Shown here: in pieces, positions 52,714 to 60,935 of the stretch | Layout of the letters: every line of letters begins with the position of its first letter | Position numbering within the stretch: position 1 is the stretch's first letter | NCBI GenBank assembly: GCA_965277405.1 | Contig: OZ255726.1 | Coordinates: 896,001-960,000 of the forward strand | Origin: Gammaproteobacteria bacterium | GTDB taxonomy: Bacteria > Pseudomonadota > Gammaproteobacteria > G965277405 | DNA: 64,000 bases | Direction: 5' to 3' | Position numbers and translations under genes: made by a program | The notes under the pieces: generated by a model | What the model saw: the letters and a program-made list of their open reading frames with translations, nothing else | What the model was told of the DNA's origin: nothing | Databases searched by the model: none

Positions 52714-54297
52714 ATGACCAAAATGCTTAAGCAATCTCTGATTACGTCGATAATTAGCAAGACGGGGCAACAAGATGATAATAATAGCCGCAGTACGCAG
52801 ACAATACTGCTGGGTATTATCGAGTACTTTAACGACCTTCGCGCAGCGCTGTTTGCCGCCGATGTGTTGAAGATACTGTTGGTTTACGGTACATGTTGTG
52901 TTACTCGCTTGGCGGATATGCTCAGGTCTGCGGTTTGCGCCTTGCAATCATCAGCAATTGCCATCAAGCTCGCCAATCAGCGCCTTAATCAGAGCTTCCT
53001 TAGAATACTAGCTATTTCTGCCACAGTATTTGTCACATTGCCGGTTTTGGCAAAGGACACTCCTGTTACTTGGTGGTATGAACGCGCCACCCCTGAGCAA
53101 CAAGCTGCACTGTCGGAACTGATGATTGATAAATTCAATGCTGCTGACAATGGCAACACTCTCACAATCGACTACCGTGGCAACGAATTGGATAAGCAGC
53201 TGCGGATTGCACTTTTATCAGGAACTGGTCCGGATGTAGTCAATACACCTGGTCCGTCTTTCGTGGCAACAATGGCACGCGCTGGGCAATTGCTGGCACT
53301 CGATGATATCGCTGTTAAAAAAGGCTGGAACGACCGAATCCTGCCATTCTTCATGGATTTGGGTCGGTTCGATGGCCATCTGTATGCGCTGCCAAAAACC
53401 TATGAAACACTTGGATTGTTCTACAACAAAAAGGTCATGGCAGAGAATGGCTGGGCGGTACCTACAACTCTTGCAGAACTGACGACAGTTGCCGATGCAA
53501 TGCTGTCTAAAAACATTATCCCATTTGGGTCTGGCAACTCGGACTGGCGTCCAGCCAACGAATTTCAGGTATCAATTGCTCTCAACTCCATCGCTGGTCC
53601 AGACAACATGCAAAAAGCGCTAACAGGTGAGTTGCCGTGGACGGCAGAACCTTTTGCCAAAGCCATCAATACACTAGATAGCTGGTGGAAAAAAGGCTAT
53701 TTTGGACCTGACTACTTCTCACTCACCGGTGATCAGGTCATGGCTAACCTGGCTAATGGTTCTGCTGCGATGGTGCCAACCGGCACATGGAACTTCCAAC
53801 TAGTCCCAGAATATTTTGGCGATCAACTTGACAACATTGGTTTTGTAGGTTTTCCCAGCGGCGAAGGAGTGGCATACCCAATATACGCACTTGGCATTGG
53901 CTCCACACTCTCTATCGCGGCAAAAGCCAACAACCCTGAAGGTGCTGCCAACGTCATTGATTTTATCTTTAGTAAAGGTTTCTATCAGGACATGAACAGT
54001 GTTTGGCAAGGTGAGTGGAACATGCCGCTGCGTGACCTCAGCAACGTAAAACTGAGCGAAGATATCATCCCGCTGTATACGGAATCTATGGCTGCCTTGG
54101 CTGAATCCGTGAATCAAAGTCAATACGGTTACACTACTTGGACGTTCTTCCCTCCTGCAAGCAACTCTTACATTGTGAGTGGCATCGAGCAAGTTTGGCT
54201 GGATGATATTACTACCGAAGAATTCCTCGCAGAACTTGATGATATTTTCAAGCAGGAATTGGCTGAAGGCAAAGTCGCGGATATCCCTGCGCGTTAA
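52714..54297 (+). CDS. Sugar ABC substrate-binding protein with an in-frame 91-codon MITE insert in its signal peptide
   Basis: AAGGAG-ATG 52714; GPDV, DG.LYALP, LFYNK motifs; removing the insert restores MTKML(K/R)ILAISATVFVTLPVLA. Confidence 0.88.
   Translation: MTKMLKQSLITSIISKTGQQDDNNSRSTQTILLGIIEYFNDLRAALFAADVLKILLVYGTCCVTRLADMLRSAVCALQSSAIAIKLANQRLNQSFLRILAISATVFVTLPVLAKDTPVTWWYERATPEQQAALSELMIDKFNAADNGNTLTIDYRGNELDKQLRIALLSGTGPDVVNTPGPSFVATMARAGQLLALDDIAVKKGWNDRILPFFMDLGRFDGHLYALPKTYETLGLFYNKKVMAENGWAVPTTLAELTTVADAMLSKNIIPFGSGNSDWRPANEFQVSIALNSIAGPDNMQKALTGELPWTAEPFAKAINTLDSWWKKGYFGPDYFSLTGDQVMANLANGSAAMVPTGTWNFQLVPEYFGDQLDNIGFVGFPSGEGVAYPIYALGIGSTLSIAAKANNPEGAANVIDFIFSKGFYQDMNSVWQGEWNMPLRDLSNVKLSEDIIPLYTESMAALAESVNQSQYGYTTWTFFPPASNSYIVSGIEQVWLDDITTEEFLAELDDIFKQELAEGKVADIPAR
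52731..52999 (+). mobile_element. MITE, strongly diverged copy inside a CDS (TSD TTAA/TTAG)
   Basis: GCAATCTCTGATTA...GCGCCTTGCAATCATCAGCAATTGCCATCAAGCTCGCC...TTAATCAGAGCTTCC. Confidence 0.88.
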
Positions 54298-54385
54298 ATC
54301 CTGACTAACAACAATGGTGTGCCAGGCTAGATTATGCCGCAACTATGTTAAAAAATAGTTGAAAAATAGTTAAAAAATACTGAAA

Positions 54386-55237
54386 TTGCCGATGCACCGT
54401 TTGTTTGTTATACCGACATTGCTCATCAGCGTTTCTATCATCATGTTACCAGCAATATTAACCATATTGCTTGCATTCTTAAGATGGGATGGGGTTTCTG
54501 TCCCGCAGTTTATTGGCCTAGAAAATTTTGAGAAACTTTGGAATGATCGTATTTTTTGGCGCTCACTCGCAAATAACTTAAAATGGACAGTTCTGTTTAT
54601 GACGTTTCCCATCATAATCGGCCTTGTCGCTGCCTCTTTGTTGTTGATTGTGAAACGAGGTAAGACATTCTTTCAGGTTATCTACTTTTTGCCAGTCATC
54701 ATTGCGTCCGTGATTACGGCGCGTATTTGGCAAGGTATGATCTACAACCCGCAAACGGGCATTGTGGCATTGCTGAATCGATATGGGTTTGAGTTGAACG
54801 ATCCGCTCGCCCGCATGTCTTCCGCGCTCTACGGCGTGGCTGTGGTTGATCTTTGGCACTGGTGGGGGTTCATTGCGATGATTTTCTTTGCGTCCCTGCG
54901 GCAGGTTCCGACCGAACAGATCGAAGCTGCGCGGATTGATGGGGCTAGCTACTTGCAACAAATGCGCTGGGTGCTGATCCCCGCAATCAAACCAACGATC
55001 ACACTGATGATGATCATGACCGTGATCTGGTCGTTCCTTGTCTTCGATTTCATCTACGTTATGACCCAAGGCGGTCCTGCGTTTTCTAGCGAAGTTCTTT
55101 CAACAATGTCCTATCGCGAGGCGTTTTACGAACTCAAGGTCGGGCGTGCTGCTGCGACTGCGCTAGTAATCAGCCTGTGCGGGGTCGCAGCATCGTTTTT
55201 CTATATCAGACTTCAAGCCAAAGAGGTCGAAGAATGA
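54386..55237 (+). CDS. Carbohydrate ABC transporter permease
   Basis: FIGLENF, YFLP, EAARIDGA. Confidence 0.92.
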   Translation: MPMHRLFVIPTLLISVSIIMLPAILTILLAFLRWDGVSVPQFIGLENFEKLWNDRIFWRSLANNLKWTVLFMTFPIIIGLVAASLLLIVKRGKTFFQVIYFLPVIIASVITARIWQGMIYNPQTGIVALLNRYGFELNDPLARMSSALYGVAVVDLWHWWGFIAMIFFASLRQVPTEQIEAARIDGASYLQQMRWVLIPAIKPTITLMMIMTVIWSFLVFDFIYVMTQGGPAFSSEVLSTMSYREAFYELKVGRAAATALVISLCGVAASFFYIRLQAKEVEE

Positions 55238-56067
55238 ATCCCATCGAAAGCCGCTTAACGATGATAATTACCTACATGATATTAAGCATCGCGGCGTTTA
55301 CAGCATTGTTCCCGATAGCATTGATGGTGCTGAACTCACTAAAAACTAACCCAGAAATCACGCTTAATCCGTTGTCATTTCCGGTCACCGCCGCATGGGA
55401 AAACTTCACACGCGCTTGGAAAGGAGCGAATTTCTCGCAAACGTTCTTTAACTCGGCATTACTCGTGTTCATTACGATTGTTTTGGTGATCTCAACGGGG
55501 TCGCTGACAGCATATGTTCTGGCACGCAAAAAAATCAAATCATGGAAAATTCTGAGCGCCTACCTGCTGGCCACGACAACGGCTCCTATTCAGCTATTTA
55601 TGTTCCCGCTGTATTTTGGGTTCGCTAAGCTGGGTATAATCAACAACGTGTTCGCGGTTGCGGTAATTTATTGCGCACTGTATAGCCCGTTTTCAATCAT
55701 GCTTTTGCGGACGTATTTTCTGGCTGTGCCGGTAGAGCTAGAAGATGCAGCTCTCATTGACGGAGCAACTCCATGGCAGGTTTTCTACCGGGTTTATTTG
55801 CCGCTTGTCTGGCCAGGGATACTGACTGTGACGCTGATCATCGGGCTATACACATGGAATGAATTCCTGATCGCAACAACGTTCCTACAAGCATTAGAAT
55901 CAAGAACTGCGGTTGTGTCTTACTTCATGCTCTCCGGGCAATTCCTAAGCGATTGGGGTGAATTAATGGCTGGTGCTCTTTTGGTCGTACTGCCAATCGT
56001 CGTTTTGTTTATCATTCTGCAAAAACGCTTTATCGAAGGCATCACTAGCGGATCCGTTAAGGGCTAA
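55234..56067 (+). CDS. Carbohydrate ABC transporter permease
   Basis: P.ELEDAALIDGA, WNEFL, QKRFIEG...G.VKG. Confidence 0.92.
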   Translation: MNPIESRLTMIITYMILSIAAFTALFPIALMVLNSLKTNPEITLNPLSFPVTAAWENFTRAWKGANFSQTFFNSALLVFITIVLVISTGSLTAYVLARKKIKSWKILSAYLLATTTAPIQLFMFPLYFGFAKLGIINNVFAVAVIYCALYSPFSIMLLRTYFLAVPVELEDAALIDGATPWQVFYRVYLPLVWPGILTVTLIIGLYTWNEFLIATTFLQALESRTAVVSYFMLSGQFLSDWGELMAGALLVVLPIVVLFIILQKRFIEGITSGSVKG

Positions 56068-56084
56068 AGTTTTAAGAGCTTACA

Positions 56085-58202
56085 ATGATTATGAAATTGC
56101 AAGACGACTATCTTGAACGAGTTTATGCGGGGGTGCTAGGCAAGCTTATCGGGGTCTATCTCGGGCGTCCGTTTGAGGGCTGGAGCTATGAGCGCATCAT
56201 GAAAGAGCTCGGAACGATTAAATACTACGTTCATGAACAACTCGGTGACCCGTTGGTCATTACCGATGATGATATCTCGGGTACATTTACGTTTTTGCGG
56301 GCGCTGGAGGATTATGATCTCTCTGAAAACCTCAAATCAGCAGATATCGGTAAGGCTTGGATGAATTATATTGTTGAAAAACGGTCTATCCTCTGGTGGG
56401 GTGGCAATGGCAATTCAACCGAGCACACCGCTTGGCTGAACCTGCGTAAAGGCATCCTGGCGCCACAAAGTGGTTGTATTGCAACCAACGGTCTGACCGT
56501 GGCTGAACAAATCGGCGCGCAGATTTTTATCGATGGTTGGGCTTTGGTTGCGCCAGGGCAACCAGCATTGGCGGCCAAGTTTGCCAAAGAAGCTGGCAGC
56601 GTGAGTCACGGTGGGGAATCCGTCTTCGCCGCTATGCTGTGGGCTGCGATGGAGAGTGAAGCCTTCCACTCTAAAGATATTGATCACTTGTTGGATACAG
56701 GCCTTTCTTTCATTCCAACCAACAGCGAACTTGCCACGATGATCAGAGATGTTCGCAAATGGAACAGCAAAATCGTCGACTGGCGAGATTGTCGTCAGAA
56801 GATTGCCGATAACTACGGTTACGACAAATACCTTGGTAATTGTCATATTATCCCAAATCATGCGATCATGGTGATGACGATGCTGTATGCGAGAGGGGAT
56901 TTTTCTTTCGCCCAACAGATTATAAACACCTCTGGCTGGGACACAGATTGCAACGCAGGTAACGTTGGCTGCCTCCACGGGATTATGTTGGGTCTCGATG
57001 GTTTGAGTAAGGGTCAAGATTGGCGAGGACCAATTGCTGACCGCATGCTGATCTCGTCTGCTGATGGTGGAAACTCCATTAACGACGCAGTCAAGATGGC
57101 TTACTACATTGCCAACCTCGGCAAGACCCTTGCTGGCGAGACACTGATTGAGTCGCCAAAAGGCGGTGCCCAATATCATTTCTCGCTTCCAGGCGCACAG
57201 CAGGGGTTTCAACTAACCGAACAAACTGGTGGTGATTTTGCTGCGCGCGTACAGGGAACATCGCATCACGGAACTGGGATGCTGGAAATTCGCTTCAATG
57301 GATTATCACTGGGAGGTGAAGTAGTGACAACCACACCAACCTTTGCTCCATTGGATGTTTTGCGGATGAGAACATATGATCTGATGGCAACACCGTTGAT
57401 CTATTCTGGTCAAACTCTTGTCGCTCGTGTCATTTCAGACGAAAACACAAGCGGCAAAATTGTCGTCAAATTGCGCATCCGCCATTACGGCGCAGCGGAC
57501 CAATTGGTTAATGTTGATAGCGACCCAATACACATTATCGCTGGGAACACGGGCGAAGTCAGGTGGCAGCTTCCAGAGTGTGGGTCTCAACCAATCGCAG
57601 CAATTGGTCTTGTTGTATCTAGTGCAGATGGTCGGGTGACGGGTCGAGTATATCTTGACTGGATGGGGTGGACAGGCCCCCCTGAACTCACTCTACGCCG
57701 CCCAAGTGAGCCAAGCGATTTCTGGCATCGTGCGTGGGTGAACGGCGTAGATATTTTCTCCAAACATTTCCCTGAAAGTTTTCACATTTCACAAGATCGT
57801 GGCGCAGGTTTGATCATTCATGGCACACGCCAGTGGACTGACTACAAAGTAACAGCGGATGTCGTCGTACATTTGGGGCGATACGCTGGATTGACCGCAC
57901 GTACACAAGGTTTGCGTAGATTTTACGCAGCACGGATATCCGCAAAAGGACTATTTGAAATAACCCGTAGTTACGATGACGAAATCGAAGTTCTTGCGTC
58001 AGCAGCTTTTGAGTTTAGATTGGATAACTGGGTTTCCATGTTCATGATAGTTCTGGGAACGACAGTCACCGCAGGTGCAGACAAAATAACCCTTACTGTG
58101 GATGACACATCAAATAAAGTTTTGAAGGATGGTGGTATCGGTCTGATGGTGGCTGAAGGAGCAGCGTCAGCAAATATTTTCTATGTAACATCAGAAACTT
58201 AA
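56085..58202 (+). CDS. ADP-ribosylglycohydrolase-family protein with a long C-terminal extension
   Basis: ERVYAG.LGK.IGV.LG.PFEGW, TDDD, E.IGAQI..D, GWDTDCNAG. Confidence 0.88.
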   Translation: MIMKLQDDYLERVYAGVLGKLIGVYLGRPFEGWSYERIMKELGTIKYYVHEQLGDPLVITDDDISGTFTFLRALEDYDLSENLKSADIGKAWMNYIVEKRSILWWGGNGNSTEHTAWLNLRKGILAPQSGCIATNGLTVAEQIGAQIFIDGWALVAPGQPALAAKFAKEAGSVSHGGESVFAAMLWAAMESEAFHSKDIDHLLDTGLSFIPTNSELATMIRDVRKWNSKIVDWRDCRQKIADNYGYDKYLGNCHIIPNHAIMVMTMLYARGDFSFAQQIINTSGWDTDCNAGNVGCLHGIMLGLDGLSKGQDWRGPIADRMLISSADGGNSINDAVKMAYYIANLGKTLAGETLIESPKGGAQYHFSLPGAQQGFQLTEQTGGDFAARVQGTSHHGTGMLEIRFNGLSLGGEVVTTTPTFAPLDVLRMRTYDLMATPLIYSGQTLVARVISDENTSGKIVVKLRIRHYGAADQLVNVDSDPIHIIAGNTGEVRWQLPECGSQPIAAIGLVVSSADGRVTGRVYLDWMGWTGPPELTLRRPSEPSDFWHRAWVNGVDIFSKHFPESFHISQDRGAGLIIHGTRQWTDYKVTADVVVHLGRYAGLTARTQGLRRFYAARISAKGLFEITRSYDDEIEVLASAAFEFRLDNWVSMFMIVLGTTVTAGADKITLTVDDTSNKVLKDGGIGLMVAEGAASANIFYVTSET

Positions 58203-58251
58203 CGCATGACGCGAAAATCATGCATAGAGAATTATTACAAGACGGAGAAAA

Positions 58252-59316
58252 ATGGCAAGCGTTGAAATTAAAAACGTCTTCAAGTATTTTGATGATACAC
58301 AAGTTTTGGAAGACATCTCGGTCAAAATTGAGGATGGAGAATTTCTGGTTCTCGTTGGCCCTTCCGGATGTGGAAAATCGACATTGTTGCGCATGGTTGC
58401 AGGTTTGGAAGACATTACTAGCGGTGAGATTTTGATAAACGCTACGTTGGTAAACAAGCTCCCCCCCAAAGCACGTGATGTGGCTATGGTTTTTCAGAAT
58501 TACGCGTTATATCCGCATTTAACTGTAGCCGAAAATATGGGGTTTTCTTTGATGCTGGCGGGGGCACCAAAATTAGAAAAAGTAAAACGTGTCAACGACG
58601 TCGCAACAATGTTGGGTCTTGCAGATCTGTTGGATCGCAAACCAAAAAATCTGTCAGGCGGGCAAAGACAGCGGGTCGCGATGGGGCGAGCGATCGTTCG
58701 AAAACCGCAGCTGTTTCTGTTTGATGAGCCATTGAGTAACCTCGACGCGAAATTGCGGGTTGCTATGCGCAGCGAGATCAAATCTCTGCACCAAAAAATG
58801 AAGAGCACAGCAATCTACGTGACACATGATCAAGTCGAAGCGATGACGATGGCTGACCGGATTGTTGTAATGAACGAAGGGCGTATTGAGCAAATTGGAC
58901 GCCCTTTGGAACTATACGATAACCCAGTCAACGTTTTCGTTGCTGGTTTTATTGGAACTCCATCGATGAATTTCCTCGCCGCTCGTGTGGATTTGACTGG
59001 CTCAATGCCCAAAGCGACTCTTCCTACAGGGGATGAACTACCGCTGCCAGAATTGAACGGTCTTAGACAAAGCGAAAACATTATCTATGGAATGCGTCCG
59101 GAACATTGTAGCATTGCTGATGCAGGCACAGCTGTTGTAGTCGATGTCATTGAACCTATGGGTGCTGAAACGCAACTCATTCTGAAATTAGGCTATGCGT
59201 CAATCGTAGTTACTATTCGCGATCGTGTTTCCTTACACCATGGAGAAAAAATTAAAATTTTGCCAGATGTGTCGAAAGTAGTGATTTTTAAAGTGGATAC
59301 TGGAACTCGAGTTTAG
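58252..59316 (+). CDS. Carbohydrate ABC ATP-binding protein (MalK/UgpC-like)
   Basis: GPSGCGKST, VFQNYALYPH, LSGGQRQR, DEPLSNLDAKLR, FIG.P.MN. Confidence 0.94.
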   Translation: MASVEIKNVFKYFDDTQVLEDISVKIEDGEFLVLVGPSGCGKSTLLRMVAGLEDITSGEILINATLVNKLPPKARDVAMVFQNYALYPHLTVAENMGFSLMLAGAPKLEKVKRVNDVATMLGLADLLDRKPKNLSGGQRQRVAMGRAIVRKPQLFLFDEPLSNLDAKLRVAMRSEIKSLHQKMKSTAIYVTHDQVEAMTMADRIVVMNEGRIEQIGRPLELYDNPVNVFVAGFIGTPSMNFLAARVDLTGSMPKATLPTGDELPLPELNGLRQSENIIYGMRPEHCSIADAGTAVVVDVIEPMGAETQLILKLGYASIVVTIRDRVSLHHGEKIKILPDVSKVVIFKVDTGTRV

Positions 59317-59679
59317 CAGTGGCTTGGACCTAGTTGACTGAATGACAAATGAGGTAGCGGGTGAATTCAGACAATAATTCGATTTTTACTGCAACATTCG
59401 CAAGCTAATCGACCTCACCCGTTTAACCCCGCCGCCGTCGCTCTTACACAGCGTGTAAGGAACAATACAGCAACTATCGCAATTACGGCAAACCATCATA
59501 TATTCAACAGATGAACGGAAAAACCGCTGCGCTGCGTCATTGCAGCACTTGGTAATACCCACAAGACCCACAAGACCCACAAGACCCCCAAGACCCACCA
59601 GTGCTATCTGCGCACTTCGCTTAAGTTTCATCAGTGTTTTTGCTCGGTCTCGCCCATCATCGACTTCATCAGAGCTTCC
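59317..59679 (-). mobile_element. MITE, diverged reverse copy with a 9-bp tandem expansion (probable TSD TTAG/TTAG)
   Basis: Clear homology over about 59455-59679; the left end is inferred from GACCTAGTTGACTGAATGA resembling the 46130 copy; the left TTAG contains the ATPase stop. Confidence 0.75.
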
Positions 59680-59906
59680 TTAGATGATGCGCGGATGAAT
59701 CATCTCCGCGCGGAGATTGTGCTCAATTTTGCGCCATGCAGCTACATCTAGCAATAATTACTACGTAACTATCACACTTGCCTAGATTCTCTCCATCGCC
59801 GCTACCATCACCGCCCCGAGGAAAAAATTTATGCCGCACCCTAACTATCATAACCAAATACTGAATAGTCATGTCTCGCATCACTATTTGTGTAGACAAA
59901 TACAAT
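59680..59906 (-). repeat. Diverged direct-repeat partner of 43761-43995 (pta 5' fragment)
   Basis: 59725-59780 matches 43807-43862 at 48/56 positions (hand count); similarity continues on both sides. Confidence 0.8.
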
Positions 59907-60041
59907 AACCAGGGGTTTAACAAACAATGTAAGAAAACGAGCGCACCTTAAATCCTCAACTGTATATTATAATACGTTACAATGCCGCATTCTTACATGG
60001 GTGCTTACATGGGTGCTATTCACCAATTTTATAATTAAGAA

Positions 60042-60071
60042 TTGCACAAGATCACATTTGCCTGCTACCAT
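60042..60071 (+). promoter_or_regulatory. Probable sigma70 promoter of SRP RNA
   Basis: TTGCAC-18 bp-TACCAT with TG extended -10. Confidence 0.5.
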
Positions 60072-60077
60072 GCACTC

Positions 60078-60183
60078 GCAGTTCTGCTGGTTTCATCGCG
60101 ACGGAACCCATGAACCCCGTCAGATCAGGAATGAAGCAGCGGTAGTGGTCGTACGTGCGCCGATGGGTTGCTGACAGGGCTGC
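60078..60183 (+). ncRNA. ffs: Signal recognition particle 4.5S RNA
   Basis: Long hairpin GCAGTTCTG...CAGGGCTGC with domain IV motif GTCAGATCA-GGAA-TGAAGCAGC. Confidence 0.9.
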
Positions 60184-60239
60184 ACATCAATGTCACTGCA
60201 ACAATAACCAAGCAATAACCATACGCGAGATATACATCT

Positions 60240-60935
60240 ATGCGACAACTCGCGCTGCCGCTCACACACACTTATATCCAAACATTTGAGAACCTTATCA
60301 TTTCTCAAAATATCACGACAATAAGTATTGTTCAGGATCGCATACAAAAAATAATTCAAAGGCAACAGCAACACATTTACATTTGGGGCGTTGCTAACAG
60401 TGGTTGTACCCATGTATTGAAAGCCTGCTGCCAAGTCCTCCTTGGCGAAAATATACACTGTGGCTTCTTTTCGGCTAAAGAAACACTCCATCCACAGCTT
60501 ATCGCCACACATGATTATGATTGCCTAGTAATCGATGATGTCGAGGCAACACTGACGCAGCCAGACGCCCAAGAACAATTAATGCATATTTTTAATGCTG
60601 CTCAAGACAGTGGTTGTAGCTTGTTACTCAGCAGCGCCGCACCACCCAAAAAAATGTCAATTCTACTAGATTTACAAACACGGTTATCGTCGATGCTCAT
60701 AGTGCGCATGCACCCGCTGAACCAAGCTGATTTACAACAATTTATTGAACACTCTAGCCAAGCTCGAGGATTTACCATAGACCACAAAGTAATTAGCTAT
60801 ATACTGAAGCACTGTGACCGCTCTGTTGCAGCACTCCTAGACATCGTAGAGCAACTCGATGTTGCATCACTGCAGCAACAACGAAACATAACCATCCAAC
60901 TAACGAAAGAGGTACTCGATATTGGAACAACCTGA
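60240..60935 (+). CDS. hda: DnaA regulatory inactivator Hda
   Basis: N-terminal clamp-binding QLALPL, TFEN, YIWG...SG.TH, IDDV, DL.TRL. Confidence 0.85.
   Translation: MRQLALPLTHTYIQTFENLIISQNITTISIVQDRIQKIIQRQQQHIYIWGVANSGCTHVLKACCQVLLGENIHCGFFSAKETLHPQLIATHDYDCLVIDDVEATLTQPDAQEQLMHIFNAAQDSGCSLLLSSAAPPKKMSILLDLQTRLSSMLIVRMHPLNQADLQQFIEHSSQARGFTIDHKVISYILKHCDRSVAALLDIVEQLDVASLQQQRNITIQLTKEVLDIGTT

Noticed and set aside
5492-59679. Repeats as a CRISPR array or integron attC sites
   Set aside because: Copies are ~285 bp, dispersed, in both orientations and flanked by TIRs and TSDs; there is no repeat-spacer periodicity and no cas or integrase gene
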